Positions 1 to 12,992 of a DNA stretch of 64,000 nt are shown in pieces. This stretch comes from Bdellovibrionota bacterium (GTDB taxonomy: Bacteria; Bdellovibrionota_G; JALEGL01; DATDPG01): NCBI GenBank assembly GCA_963668355.1, contig OY764265.1:512001-576000 (forward strand), given 5' to 3'. The first letter of the stretch is position 1. Each line of letters opens with the position of its first letter. The notes under the pieces were generated by a model. That model saw only the letters and a list, made by a program, of their open reading frames with translations, did not search any database and was not told where the DNA came from. The translations under genes and the position numbers were made by a program.

Positions 1-1202
1 GTTATGACTATGGTCCTCTGGGTGCCGAACTCAAGCGACAGGTAAAGGACTTTTGGTGGAAGTCCATGACTCAAGCCCATGAAAACATCGAAGGCTTGGA
101 CGCATCCATTCTCATGCATCCACGGATTTGGGAGGCCTCGGGGCATGTGGAAGGATTCACGGACCCATTGGTGGATTGCAAGAAATGCAAAAATCGATTT
201 CGTGCCGATCAGCTGGAAGAAACCACATGTCCAAATTGTGGAGGCGAACTGACCGAACCTCGTCAATTCAATCTGATGTTTAAAACCTTTATGGGACCGG
301 TCGAGAGCGATGCAAACATTGTTTACCTGAGACCAGAAACGGCTCAGGGCATTTACGTAAATTATCTCAATGTTTTGAATTCTTCTCGTCAAAAAGTTCC
401 TTTCGGAATTGCACAGATCGGAAAAGCCTTCCGCAATGAGATCACTCCCGGGAATTTCACGTTCCGGACGCGCGAGTTTGAACAAATGGAAATGCAATAT
501 TTCGTTCGACCTGGAGAGGATGAACCTGCCATGGAAGCTTGGAAGGCTGAACGCATGGCGTGGTATGACAAACTTCAAATCAATCCAAGCAAGCTTCGAT
601 TCCACGAACACGGGAAAAACGAGTTGGCCCATTATGCCAAGGCGGCCTTTGATGTGGAGTATGAATTCCCCATCGGTTGGCAGGAGCTGGAAGGCGTGCA
701 CAATCGAACCGACTTTGATCTCACTCGACATGAGAAATTCTCCGGAAAAAATTTGAAATATTTCGATGAAGAAAAAAAAGAAAAATACATTCCCTACATC
801 ATCGAAACATCTGCCGGATGCGACCGAAGTGTCCTTTGCGTTTTATGTGATGCCTTCACGGAAGAGGAAGAGCGTACAGTATTGAAATTCGCTCCTTTCA
901 TTGCCCCCGTTCAGGTGGCCATTCTGCCTCTGGTTAAAAAAGATGGATTGCCCGAGATCGCTCGAAACATCGTGGCGGACCTTAGATCCAAATTCCGTAT
1001 GTTTTATGATGCTGGAGGCTCCATCGGCCGGAGATATCGTCGACAAGACGAGGTGGGCACACCTTTCTGCATCACGATCGACAACGACACCAAGGGAGAC
1101 AATGCGGTAACGATCCGAGAACGCGACTCCATGAAACAAGATCGTGTGAATATTGGAGAGCTCAGCGACTACTTAACAAAGAGGTTGGCTCCCCCCCTAT
1201 AG
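1..1202 (+). CDS. glyQS: Glycine--tRNA ligase (alpha2 class II type), 5' end outside window
   Basis: Frame is open from position 3 ([11 protein letters not shown]); motifs [36 protein letters not shown]. Confidence 0.96.
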   Translation, partial: YDYGPLGAELKRQVKDFWWKSMTQAHENIEGLDASILMHPRIWEASGHVEGFTDPLVDCKKCKNRFRADQLEETTCPNCGGELTEPRQFNLMFKTFMGPVESDANIVYLRPETAQGIYVNYLNVLNSSRQKVPFGIAQIGKAFRNEITPGNFTFRTREFEQMEMQYFVRPGEDEPAMEAWKAERMAWYDKLQINPSKLRFHEHGKNELAHYAKAAFDVEYEFPIGWQELEGVHNRTDFDLTRHEKFSGKNLKYFDEEKKEKYIPYIIETSAGCDRSVLCVLCDAFTEEEERTVLKFAPFIAPVQVAILPLVKKDGLPEIARNIVADLRSKFRMFYDAGGSIGRRYRRQDEVGTPFCITIDNDTKGDNAVTIRERDSMKQDRVNIGELSDYLTKRLAPPL

Positions 1203-1283
1203 GAATTGCATGCACACTCATGAGCCACTCCGAAATGCTCTCTTGGCTTCCCACCGAAGCGGATGCGTGAGGAGAAATCGCCA

Positions 1284-2765
1284 ATGAGTTTAGAAGGCGC
1301 CTACACACTAATTGCCCGCCTGGGGGAAGGCGGAATGGCGGAGGTGTTCAAGGCCATTAAGCGGGGCCCGGATCAATTCGAAAAGCCCATTGCTCTGAAA
1401 CGAATCCTTCCGCACTACGCCGACCAAGAAGGCTTTATCAAAATGCTCTCTGCTGAAGCTCGACTACAGGCAGGCCTTGACCATCCAAACATTGTTCAGC
1501 TTCTCGATTTTTTCAAACACGGCGACACATTCATGATTGCCTTGGAATATGTTCCCGGAAAAAATTTAAAAAAAATGATCTTCGACGCGCAACAACGGAA
1601 CGTCGAAATTCCTTGGGAGGCCTTTGTTTACATCGTTTCCGAGACCTTAAAAGGGCTGGATTTCGCCCACAAACGAAAAGGCCCCAAAGGCCCTCTGAGC
1701 ATTGTCCACCGGGACATCAGTCCTCAAAACATTCTCATTTCCTATGAAGGCCATGTGAAGCTTTCAGATTTTGGGATTGCGTTGGCCAATATCGAACGAG
1801 AACAAACACAATCTGGGATCTTGAAAGGAAAGTATCGATATCTTTCCCCCGAGCAACTGGACGGGAAGCAAATTGACCACCGGTCCGACCTTTTTTCCAT
1901 CGGCGTGGTTTTATACGAGCTCTTGGCTCAAAAACACCCTTTCGACCAGGGATCCGATTTTGAAACGATGAAAAAAATTTCAGCGGTCCACTATACCCCT
2001 CTTACGGATCTCAACCTTGACCTTCCCCCAGCTCTCATCGAGGTGACGCAAGCGTGTCTTCAAAAAGAATACACCGAGCGCCCAGAAGACGCTCACGTTC
2101 TAAGGCAACGGCTTCTTGAAGAGCAAGATCAGAATTGGTTAACCAATGGATCCGGTTTTTTAAAAGAATTGATCGAAAAAATTTATCCTAAACCCAGCGA
2201 CCGAACCGAGCCCTCCATTGAAAACACTCCGGTTCTCTCGATGCATGGAACTCCGATCACCGGCGTGGTTCACCCCACAGAATCGGTCATTTCCGTCGTC
2301 AATGAACCTACGGAACGCGAATCGCGAAAAAAGTCCTGGCCTTGGATTCTTTTCGGAATGCTCGCCATTGGAATCGTGGGTGCGGTCTTCTTCACTCGGA
2401 AGAACAGCCCACAACCTCATCCCATTCCAAACTCACCGAAGATTGTTGTAGAAGACAAACTGCCCAAGGAGAAACCGGCGACTTCCCCAGCCCCATCCCC
2501 ACCGAACGAATCGAAAACTACGACATCCGTTCAAGTGAAAAAGGCCCCCGAAGAAATGGGCGTCTTACGCATATACGGACCCAAAGGAGCCAAAGTATTT
2601 ATTGCAGGGCATAAAATTGGCACACTTCCCATGAAGGACCGAAAACTCGAGGCCAAACCCTATTTGGTTTCCATCAAACCTCGTAACCTTCCCATCCGTC
2701 TGTTTCGAATCGAAGTTCTCCCAGGGAAGCTCGAAGTCATTCGTTGGAGTCAAAAGAACAAATGA
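1284..2765 (+). CDS. Hanks-type Ser/Thr protein kinase with one TM helix, Pro-rich linker and PEGA-like C-terminal domain
   Basis: GEGGMAEV, ALK, HRDISPQN, DFG, YLSPEQ; TM WILFGMLAIGIVGAVFF; GAGGAG RBS 9 nt before ATG 1284. Confidence 0.9.
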   Translation: MSLEGAYTLIARLGEGGMAEVFKAIKRGPDQFEKPIALKRILPHYADQEGFIKMLSAEARLQAGLDHPNIVQLLDFFKHGDTFMIALEYVPGKNLKKMIFDAQQRNVEIPWEAFVYIVSETLKGLDFAHKRKGPKGPLSIVHRDISPQNILISYEGHVKLSDFGIALANIEREQTQSGILKGKYRYLSPEQLDGKQIDHRSDLFSIGVVLYELLAQKHPFDQGSDFETMKKISAVHYTPLTDLNLDLPPALIEVTQACLQKEYTERPEDAHVLRQRLLEEQDQNWLTNGSGFLKELIEKIYPKPSDRTEPSIENTPVLSMHGTPITGVVHPTESVISVVNEPTERESRKKSWPWILFGMLAIGIVGAVFFTRKNSPQPHPIPNSPKIVVEDKLPKEKPATSPAPSPPNESKTTTSVQVKKAPEEMGVLRIYGPKGAKVFIAGHKIGTLPMKDRKLEAKPYLVSIKPRNLPIRLFRIEVLPGKLEVIRWSQKNK

Positions 2766-4912
2766 CCCGTTTTCCCAGGTTCGGCCTTTTTCCTATTCGG
2801 GAAACGCTGCTTCTATCTCTGGTTGCATTGTTTTTGGTTTCGAACCCACTTTTGGAGAGCTTTTCCTTTGAGTTTTCTTGGATCATGGGCGTGGCGGCTT
2901 TCCTTATCCATGCAATGGGTTCGGCTTTGCGCTTGACCAGCTGGGAACATTCTCAACCTGTAAATCATGCCAACATTCGACGCCTCGCTCTAAGCAACCT
3001 TATCTCATTGATTGTTCCCATTTTCATCCTTGGTGTGTTTTCTGACAGTCACGCAACATGCCGTTGGTTTACAGGTTTGCTCTGGTATTTGCTTTTTCCT
3101 GTCGTCTCGTCTTTTTTTGGAACCGCTTGTGCCACATGGGCGGTTTATCGAAATCGCCACTTTCGTCATCCGATTCTTTGGACCCTGATTCCTTTCTTCT
3201 TGTTTTCAATATTGACTGTGTACGATCTGTGGAACGGTCCTGCCTTATTCTTTTTCAATCCAGCCTTTGGCTATTATCCAGGCCCACTTTTTGACGAATG
3301 GATTCCGCTTGAGCCCCGGGTGATTGGCTTTCGAATTTGGACGCTCGGACTCGCGATTTTTCTTTTTTGGCCCAAACATCAACAAACTTCCATCCGTACG
3401 TTTTTCGGCCTTCTTCTCATGGTTTTGTTTCTCTTTCGGGGTATGTGGGGCTGGTCCTCCAACCCTTACCAGCTTGAAAACACTCTCGGAGGAACACTTG
3501 AAACAAGCCACATCAAACTTCATTTCGATTCCAAAAAAAACACCGTCAAGGAGCTACAACCTTTTCTCTTTGTACTCCACGCCAGAGCCCATGAAGTTTC
3601 CGAACATCTCCTCCTTTCCTCTGATGAGGTGAAGCCAGTCGACGTTTATCTTTATTCATCGGTCGAACAAAAGCGGCTTTTGACCGGAACCCAACACACA
3701 TTGATCGGGAACCCCATTACGCGATCGCTTCATTTGTTGGATATGAATTCGAGAAGCACCATCATTCCCCATGAGCTGACCCATGTCTTGGCGTCTCCCT
3801 ATGGCCTTCCGGGACTGGGATTGTCTTTTCGTGTGGGCCTTTTGGAGGGACTGGCCACTTCTCAAGAAAAGTATCGTGGGAAGCTATCGTTACACGAATG
3901 GGCAAAGGCCATGAGGCTTCTTAAGCGACTTCCCTCCTTGGGTCAGGTCATGGGTTTTCTATCCTTCTACCAACAACCTCCATCCAGGGCCTATATGGCT
4001 TCCGGATCTTTTTGCCGATGGCTCATTCGAGAGCGAGGGATGAAGTCTCTGCTTCGTGTCTATCGGGGAGAATCCTTCTCTTCTGTTTATGGAGCGGATC
4101 TTCAAACCCTAGAAGAACAGTGGCATTTGTTTCTGGAGAATATTCCTCTTTCAACCAACGCGTTGGACTATGCCAAACCGGTCCTCCAACGGAAAGCCAT
4201 CTTCAAAAGACAATGCCCACATGACGTTGCGCATGCTCTCTTTCAAGCCAAGCAATGTTGGCAAGAGCAAAAACCTCAACAAAGCGTTTCCTGGTTAAAT
4301 CGTGCGCACACATGGTCTGGGAAAAGCCCTCAAACTGCGAGGACATTGGCCCGAACCCTCGGGGATTTGGGGCAGTGGGACAAGTCTTGGGATCTCGTGC
4401 AAAACCTACCCTCTTCAGCCCAGAATGACCTCCAAAAAGGAGACGTCCTCTTCATGCGAGGAAATCTTCCAGGTGCTCAAAAAGCATACGAGAAAGGTCT
4501 TCTTCGGGCGTTTTCTGACCTCACTAAACTTCAACTCCACATTCGACTGGATCTTCTTGAAGCTTCTTCGAAGGAGCTCCTAAGACCTTTCATTCAAGAA
4601 GAGCGTTTTTGCGAAGCGGTCCAAAATCTTGAACCCCAAAGCCAAACTGATGCCATGCGTGTGTTTTGTGTTTGGACGGCTCTTCGTGAAAAAAACATGT
4701 CTTTCCTGGTTCGTGCAGATGCTTGGTTGCACGTAAATAAGAACTCTCCTTGGTATGCCCTGGCTCAAAAAATCCGCGCCCGTGTTCACGAAAGCCTCGG
4801 ACATCTTGAAGCCGCCCAACACACGTATCAACGATTGTTTTCAATCTCAGAAACAGATGGGGAAAGACTTTTTGCCAAGGATCAGTTCTTTCGACTGGAA
4901 CGAATGAAAAAG

Positions 4913-4924
<12 letters not shown>
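2762..4924 (+). CDS. Polytopic membrane protein with clan MA-like zinc metallopeptidase domain and TPR-like tail
   Basis: About 7 N-terminal hydrophobic helices, HELTH (HExxH) then LLEGLA; ATGA overlap with kinase stop. Confidence 0.7.
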
Positions 4925-6360
<1,436 letters not shown>

Positions 6361-6378
6361 TTCAAGGAGAAAAAGTCC

Positions 6379-7800
6379 ATGGGAATCATGAATGCCAAAG
6401 ACGTATTGAATTATGCAAATGAACATGGGGTGAAAATCGTGGACTTAAAGTTCAATGATTTCCCAGGAATGTGGCAACACTTCAGTGTTCCTCTTCATCA
6501 ACTCACCGAAGATTCCTTCACCGAAGGGTTTGGGTTCGACGGTTCCTCCATACGTGGCTGGCAACCCATCAACGCGAGTGACATGTTGGTCATTCCGGAC
6601 CCCACAACGGCTCAAATTGATCCCTTCATGAGAATTCCGACTCTCTCGCTCATCTGCAATATTGCAGACCCCATCACACGAGAACCTTACTCCCGAGATC
6701 CCCGCAATATCGCTCAAAAGGCCGAAAAATATTTGATTCAAACCGGCATTGCCGACCTGGCCTTCTTCGGTCCTGAAGCCGAGTTTTTTATTTTTGATGA
6801 TGTCCGCTACGGACAAACGCAACATTCGGCTTTTTATCAAGTGGATTCCAGTGAAGGTTGGTGGAATACGGGACGAGATGAAGAGCCCAACCTGGGATAC
6901 AAACCCAGACACAAAGAAGGTTACTTTCCCGTACCTCCCTCCGACTCTCAGCAAGACCTACGAACCGAAATGGTCTTGGAATTAGAAGCTTTGGGAATCA
7001 CCACTGAAGCCCAGCACCACGAAGTCGCCACCGCCGGTCAGGCCGAAATTGACATGAAATATTCTCCGCTTAAAGAAATGGCCGACAAACTCATGTGGTT
7101 CAAATACGTCACCAAAAATGTGGCTCGCAGACATAAAAAAACCGTCACATTCATGCCCAAACCCGTTTTCGAAGACAATGGTTCGGGAATGCACACGCAT
7201 ATGAGTCTCTGGAAAGACGAAAAACCGTTGTTCGCGGGAGATCGGTATGCGGGCTTAAGTGAAACGGCGATGTTCTTCATGGGTGGAGTCTTGAAACATG
7301 CACGGGCCATCTGTGCTTTTGCCAATCCGACCATGAATTCCTACAAAAGATTGGTCCCCGGATTTGAAGCCCCGGTCAATCTGGCTTATTCGAGTCGGAA
7401 TCGTTCGGCTTCCATTCGAATTCCCATGTATTCAAATTCTCCAAAGGCCAAGCGAATTGAACTTCGATCCCCCGACCCCAGCTGCAATCCCTACCTCGCT
7501 TTTTCAGCGATGCTCATGGCAGGCTTGGACGGAATCGAACGAAGAATTGACCCGGGTCAACCCATGGACAAAGATATTTACTCTTTGCCTCCCGAGGAAC
7601 TCAAAGAAATCCCCAAAGCCCCCACGTCCCTTCGCGATGCTTTGGAAGATTTGGAGAAAGACCATGCCTTTCTTTTGAAAGGAGATGTGTTCACGCAGGA
7701 CGTGGTCGACAAATGGATTGAATACAAGATGAAGAACGAGGTGGAACCCGTATCCCTTCGCCCTTCTCCTTACGAGTTCGCGTTGTACTTCGACGTTTAA
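6379..7800 (+). CDS. glnA: Glutamine synthetase type I (adenylylation Tyr retained)
   Basis: FDGSSI, HHEVA, FMPKP...[20 protein letters not shown]. Confidence 0.98.
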   Translation: MGIMNAKDVLNYANEHGVKIVDLKFNDFPGMWQHFSVPLHQLTEDSFTEGFGFDGSSIRGWQPINASDMLVIPDPTTAQIDPFMRIPTLSLICNIADPITREPYSRDPRNIAQKAEKYLIQTGIADLAFFGPEAEFFIFDDVRYGQTQHSAFYQVDSSEGWWNTGRDEEPNLGYKPRHKEGYFPVPPSDSQQDLRTEMVLELEALGITTEAQHHEVATAGQAEIDMKYSPLKEMADKLMWFKYVTKNVARRHKKTVTFMPKPVFEDNGSGMHTHMSLWKDEKPLFAGDRYAGLSETAMFFMGGVLKHARAICAFANPTMNSYKRLVPGFEAPVNLAYSSRNRSASIRIPMYSNSPKAKRIELRSPDPSCNPYLAFSAMLMAGLDGIERRIDPGQPMDKDIYSLPPEELKEIPKAPTSLRDALEDLEKDHAFLLKGDVFTQDVVDKWIEYKMKNEVEPVSLRPSPYEFALYFDV

Positions 7801-7809
7801 AACAGTCGT

Positions 7810-8301
7810 TTAGTTCGGGGTCTTTTTCAAGCGATTGGAAAAGAGAAGTTCGATCCCAAACAGAACCGCTCCAACGGTGATGGCCGCATCGGCAAAATTA
7901 AACGCGGGCCAGTGATGGGTCTTGACGTAAACGTCCACAAAATCCACGACATATCCCAGACGAATGCGGTCCACCAAGTTCCCGATGGCGCCGCTTAAAA
8001 TCAATACCAAACCCCAACGGGAAAGTTTTTCCTCGGAACCCAGCCGAGCATAAAGCACCGTCATGACTCCGATGGCCACAAATGTCAGGGAGATGAAGAA
8101 CCAATGAGACCAGGTATTTCCCATTCCGAATGCCGCACCCGTATTGTGCACCAACGTAAAATTCAAGAAACCGTCTATCAGAGGCAGACTTTCCCCCAAA
8201 CGAAATCGATTGGAAATCATGGATTTGGTAATCAGGTCCGCAGCCACCAACAATCCCAGGACCAAAACCGGAAGGCCCCATACACGTAGTTTCTGGTTCA
8301 T
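7810..8301 (-). CDS. lspA: Signal peptidase II
   Basis: NTGAAFG, GNLVDR, VVDF, WPAFNFAD; ATGA overlap with ileS. Confidence 0.95.
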   Translation of the reverse strand: MNQKLRVWGLPVLVLGLLVAADLITKSMISNRFRLGESLPLIDGFLNFTLVHNTGAAFGMGNTWSHWFFISLTFVAIGVMTVLYARLGSEEKLSRWGLVLILSGAIGNLVDRIRLGYVVDFVDVYVKTHHWPAFNFADAAITVGAVLFGIELLFSNRLKKTPN

Positions 8302-11117
8302 CCTTCCATCACCTTGGCACATCGCTCACAGAGTTCGGGATGTTTCGAAACTTTTCCCAAGGTTTCAGCATATGTCCAGCATCGGGGGCATCGTTCCCCC
8401 TCAATGGCCGCTACCCCCACTTTAAACCCTGGGACCTCCTCGGATTCCACGGGCTTTAAATCGGAGGATAACCCCTCCACCACTTTGACCCGAGACACAA
8501 TCCACAATAGAGGAAGTTCATCTCCCAAAGATCCCAATAATTCTCGGTCTTCCTGTTCGGCAACGATTTCCACTCTTGCCTCCAAGGATTGGCCAATCTT
8601 TTGAGATTTTCTCAAGTCTTCCAGGGCCTTTGAAACCACGGATTTCAAAAGGAGTAAACGTTCCCATCGAGCCACAAATGCTTCATCCGCTTTAGACTCC
8701 GCGTTCGGAAATTCCGCCAAATGAACGGATGACGTTTTTCCGTCAAATATTGGCAAGAACTCCCAAATTTCCTCCGCGGTCACCGGAAGAATGGGAGCCA
8801 AGAACAAGGCCAAACCTTTTCCGATTTCGAAAAGAAGTGTCTGGATGCTTCGCCGTCGAGGGCCCGAAGCGGGGTCACAATAAAGAATGTCTTTGGCGAC
8901 ATCCAAATACTGAGAACTCAGATCCACCACGCAGAACTCATTGATGCTGGAAATGACGGTGTGGAAATCGTATTTTTCGTACGCCCCACGAACTTTTTGA
9001 ATCAGTTTGGCCCAACGCTCCCATATCCATCGATCCATCTCTCGCGCCAGTTTGTCATAAGCAACGACATCCTTACTGGGATCGAAATCCGACAAATTGC
9101 CCAAAGCAAAGCGGGCAGTATTGCGAATGCGTCGGTAACTTTCGACCACTCGATCCATGATTTCATCCGAAAAACGAATATCATCATGATAATTCTCCGT
9201 GGCCACCCATAGTCGCAACATCTCGGAGCCACGCTGCTTCACAAAGTCATCCGCCAACACAAAATTTCCCAAAGACTTTGACATCTTCCGGCCATTTCCA
9301 TCGACCACAAAACCATGTGTGATGACGGCACGATAAGGGGCTTTTCCACGAGAGGCCAAACCTTCCAACAACGAACTTTGGAACCAGCCTCGATGTTGAT
9401 CACTTCCCTCCAAATAGAGATCTCCAGGCCAACTCAGGTTTTCTCGTTTCTCCAACACGGCCGCATGACTGGAGCCGGAATCAAACCAAACATCGAGAAT
9501 GTCATTTCCCTTCTCGAACTCAGCTTCTCCGCATTTGGGGCACTTGGTTCCCGACGGCAAAAAGTCATTCGCCTCGCGAGAAAACCACGCATCCGCACTT
9601 TCCTGTTCGAAAATGTCGGCCGCCTTGGCCACCGCCTCGGCCGAAAGAAAATACTCTCCACATTTCTTGCATCCAAAGGAAACCAGAGGAACGCCCCACG
9701 TTCGTTGGCGCGACAAACACCAGTCGGGTCGAGCTTCAACCATCGACCGAATACGTTCCTTGCCCCATTGAGGAATCCAACTCACCTGATTGATTTCGTT
9801 TAAAGCTTTCCCTTTGAGGTCATTTTTTTTCATGGAAAGGAACCACTGCGCAGTGGCTCGGAAAATGATGGGACTCTTACAACGCCAACAATGAGGATAG
9901 GAGTGATGAATCTCAATGACCTCGCCAAAGAGTCGGCCCGATTGTTTCAAATGGTCAATGATGACCGGGTTGGCTTTAAAAACGTGCTGACCGGCGAAAT
10001 GTTCCACATCGGATTCAAAACATCCATTCCCCAAAACCGGGGAATAGATTTCAATGTCGTGTTGCAATCCAAGCTCGTAGTCTTCCTCTCCGTGGCCAGG
10101 AGCTGTGTGAACCAGCCCGGAACCGGTGTCCATGGTCACATGATCTCCTGCCAAAAAAGGAATCTCTCGGTCAATCCAGGGATGACGGGCTTTGAGCTTT
10201 GACAGGCCGCCCGTTTGGTCGGACTCGCCCACCGAAGCCACAACCTCCAAAGAAATGTCATGGGCTTTGGAGATGGCCTCCACCAGTTTTTCGGCCACCA
10301 AGAAATGTCCCTTCACGCCCGAGGCTTTGGCAATTACGTAATTTTCACGAGGGCTATAGGCAATGGCCATGGATGCCGGAAGCGTCCAGGGCGTGGTGGT
10401 CCAAATCATGGCCAAACGATCTTCTTTGGGAACTTCGGGAAGACCCAATTCCTCCCACCCCTCGACGATGGGATACGCCACAAAAATGCTGGGTGAGGTG
10501 TGATCGGCATATTCAATTTCGGCTTCGGCCAAAGCCGTTTCACAGGAAGCACACCAGTGAATCGCTCGGCGACGGCGGTAGACATACCCCTCTTCCACCA
10601 TTTTTCCGAACTCTCGCTCAATCTGAGCTTGGTATTCATAGTTCATGGTCAGATAAGGGTTTTCCCATTCTGCGAAGATGCCCAATCTTCTGAAGCCCTT
10701 CCGCTGGATGTCGACGAATTTTTGAGCGTAGGTTCGACATTCCTTCCGAAGAGCCACGGAATCCAGGGATTTCCTCTTGGAGCCCAACTTTTTGACCACC
10801 TGATGCTCGATGGGAAGACCATGACAGTCCCACCCCGGAACGTAGGGCACTCGAAATCCAGCCATTGTTTTGGACTTTACGACAAAGTCCTTCAGGGTCT
10901 TGTTTAGAGCCGTTCCCAAGTGAAGCTGACCATTGGCATACGGAGGCCCATCGTGAAGGATGAAGAGCGGCTTATCCTTGCGAGACTCCAGAATCTGCTC
11001 ATAGAGATTCTCCTGTTCCCATCGTTTGAGGAATTCGGGCTCTCGTTGAGTCAAATTCGCCTTCATGGGAAATTTGGTGTTTGGAAGCGTTAAGGTTTTC
11101 TTATATTCATTGCCCAT
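8298..11117 (-). CDS. ileS: Isoleucine--tRNA ligase
   Basis: HDGPPYANG..HLGT, GWDCHGLP, DWCLSRQR, KMSKS, C-terminal CPRC Zn finger. Confidence 0.98.
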   Translation of the reverse strand: MGNEYKKTLTLPNTKFPMKANLTQREPEFLKRWEQENLYEQILESRKDKPLFILHDGPPYANGQLHLGTALNKTLKDFVVKSKTMAGFRVPYVPGWDCHGLPIEHQVVKKLGSKRKSLDSVALRKECRTYAQKFVDIQRKGFRRLGIFAEWENPYLTMNYEYQAQIEREFGKMVEEGYVYRRRRAIHWCASCETALAEAEIEYADHTSPSIFVAYPIVEGWEELGLPEVPKEDRLAMIWTTTPWTLPASMAIAYSPRENYVIAKASGVKGHFLVAEKLVEAISKAHDISLEVVASVGESDQTGGLSKLKARHPWIDREIPFLAGDHVTMDTGSGLVHTAPGHGEEDYELGLQHDIEIYSPVLGNGCFESDVEHFAGQHVFKANPVIIDHLKQSGRLFGEVIEIHHSYPHCWRCKSPIIFRATAQWFLSMKKNDLKGKALNEINQVSWIPQWGKERIRSMVEARPDWCLSRQRTWGVPLVSFGCKKCGEYFLSAEAVAKAADIFEQESADAWFSREANDFLPSGTKCPKCGEAEFEKGNDILDVWFDSGSSHAAVLEKRENLSWPGDLYLEGSDQHRGWFQSSLLEGLASRGKAPYRAVITHGFVVDGNGRKMSKSLGNFVLADDFVKQRGSEMLRLWVATENYHDDIRFSDEIMDRVVESYRRIRNTARFALGNLSDFDPSKDVVAYDKLAREMDRWIWERWAKLIQKVRGAYEKYDFHTVISSINEFCVVDLSSQYLDVAKDILYCDPASGPRRRSIQTLLFEIGKGLALFLAPILPVTAEEIWEFLPIFDGKTSSVHLAEFPNAESKADEAFVARWERLLLLKSVVSKALEDLRKSQKIGQSLEARVEIVAEQEDRELLGSLGDELPLLWIVSRVKVVEGLSSDLKPVESEEVPGFKVGVAAIEGERCPRCWTYAETLGKVSKHPELCERCAKVMEG

Positions 11118-11132
11118 AATCTATTTGCCGCC

Positions 11133-11819
11133 ATGTCTACTCGTGAGAAAGGAAATCTGTCAAGGAAGAACCATTATTTCAGCTACTTCCACGACTTTTG
11201 GCAAGCCGGAGTGGATCTCCTCTTCCCACCCTGTTGTCACATCTGCAAGAAAGACTCGGGGGCTTTTCCCATGCCCTCCCTCTGCCAACAATGCTGGGCC
11301 TTAATCTTCGATCCCCTTCGGCCCGGAGCCGAAATCTGGGTCGGAGGAAGATACGAAGGACAACTGAAAAAACTCGTGGGAAAGGCCAAGTTTCAAGGAG
11401 ACGCACTGGCCATCGCTTCGATGGGGTTTTTGCTTGAGGAAACCTTTCATCAAGCCTCTTTCTTCCCACTTCCGGACCTCTTATTGTCGATCCCGGGCTC
11501 TCCCGAACGAATCCGAAAGAGGGGAATCAATTTACCCCACGCCCTGACCCGACATCTGAGTCGACGCCTCCATATTCCGACTCAGAATTCACTCCTCAAA
11601 CGCGTCAAAGAGACTCCCACACAGCAAGGCTTAAGCGAGTCCGCCCGAAGGAAAAATGTGCGTGGATGCTTTGCCGCCTCGGAAAGCGTGAGAGGAAAAC
11701 ACCTCCTTTTGATCGACGATGTCATGACCACGGGAAGCACCCTGGAAGAAGCTAAAAAGACACTGAAAGCTCATGAACCGGCCTCCATCCGCTGCCTCAT
11801 TGCCGCAAAAACGCTTTAG
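11133..11819 (+). CDS. comF: ComF family protein (Zn ribbon + phosphoribosyltransferase); true start may be downstream
   Basis: LLFPPCCHIC...LCQQC, RGIN, LIDDVMTTGST. Confidence 0.88.
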   Translation: MSTREKGNLSRKNHYFSYFHDFWQAGVDLLFPPCCHICKKDSGAFPMPSLCQQCWALIFDPLRPGAEIWVGGRYEGQLKKLVGKAKFQGDALAIASMGFLLEETFHQASFFPLPDLLLSIPGSPERIRKRGINLPHALTRHLSRRLHIPTQNSLLKRVKETPTQQGLSESARRKNVRGCFAASESVRGKHLLLIDDVMTTGSTLEEAKKTLKAHEPASIRCLIAAKTL

Positions 11820-11915
11820 TTCCCCGTGCTATGCAATGTTTTCCCTCTTTTCCCCTTTAGGCTTGAGAACGTCTCTTTTTCATGAATGATCCTCTACACT
11901 TAAAAAGTACGCCCT

Positions 11916-11931
11916 CGGCATTTTTCTTGCT
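11916..11931 (+). promoter_or_regulatory. sigma54 -24/-12 promoter
   Basis: CGGCATTTTTCTTGCT (GG-N10-GC), 30 nt upstream of CDS 11961. Confidence 0.65.
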
Positions 11932-11960
11932 AATTCAATGATTCAGGTGGTGATGATCTC

Positions 11961-12992
11961 GTGAAACGACTTTTCATTCTTCCTTTATTGGTCTTGTTGG
12001 CTTGCAGTAGCCAGGTGGATCCCGCCTCCACAAGAGCCGACGCTCATGAGGGGTCGGTGGACTATGACAACGACCCTGTAATCCCGAACGAAAATTTCAC
12101 CCACACCATCGGTGAACGAATTTACGCCCAGAGTTTCGAGGCCGATGGGGATGATTGGCACGATGATTTCTCAGATGCATATGATTTTACGAGAGTCGCT
12201 CGTGTGAGCAACCGAGCACATGAGGGGGATTGGTCCATTCGTGGAAATCTCCAACACAATTTTGAAGATCCGATTACGGGATTGACGGGCAAGACCGGAT
12301 ATTTCGAATGGCAGCCCAATGAGCTTCAGGGACTCCATGAGGTCTTTGTCCGATATTGGTTCCGTTTAGATACTTCCACCTGGAATGGATATTACAATGG
12401 TGATTCATTGGAAGGTTTAGATCCATCTGAGTACGAAGCTGAGTGCCAATACCCGAACTATGATGCCGACAACCCGGCACGCGTGCTCACCGATCATGTG
12501 GCTGGAAAACTCTTGTACCTTTCGGACAATGACGTCGAAACGCATGCATACTTCATGGGAATGACCGCCGAATCAATCGTAAACAACGGGGCATACAGTG
12601 ACTACTACCACAACACGCTCCCTTATCCTTGGGGCGAGAATCCTTATGAACCCGAAGGCCAAGGACGACTAACAGCCTTGGATCCGGAATGGAGCATTCG
12701 CCCAGACGGGACTTGGCACAAATGGGAAATGTACCTTAACTATGATCAAGACTACGGAAGAGTCTGGGTTGATGGCCATTCCTTTTTGGACGACGCCACC
12801 GATGAAACACAGGAAGGCATCATTCGATTATCCCCTGAATTTTATTTAAGAGGTTTGCGTTTTTGGTATGCCTGGGATTGCTTCTTCATCAACTCTCTCG
12901 ACGGACCTGAGGGCGAATACGTCGGGGGTTGGCAAGTCGACGACCTTGAAATTTTCGACGGGCTTCCCGAAGAACTGGCCCTCACGGAATGA
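11961..12992 (+). CDS. Acidic lipoprotein, probable ConA/LamG-like or polysaccharide-lyase-like beta-sandwich
   Basis: Lipobox LLAC; EVFVRYWFR...GKLLY...WHKWEMYL...RVWVDG...VDDLEI pattern. Confidence 0.55.
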   Translation: MKRLFILPLLVLLACSSQVDPASTRADAHEGSVDYDNDPVIPNENFTHTIGERIYAQSFEADGDDWHDDFSDAYDFTRVARVSNRAHEGDWSIRGNLQHNFEDPITGLTGKTGYFEWQPNELQGLHEVFVRYWFRLDTSTWNGYYNGDSLEGLDPSEYEAECQYPNYDADNPARVLTDHVAGKLLYLSDNDVETHAYFMGMTAESIVNNGAYSDYYHNTLPYPWGENPYEPEGQGRLTALDPEWSIRPDGTWHKWEMYLNYDQDYGRVWVDGHSFLDDATDETQEGIIRLSPEFYLRGLRFWYAWDCFFINSLDGPEGEYVGGWQVDDLEIFDGLPEELALTE

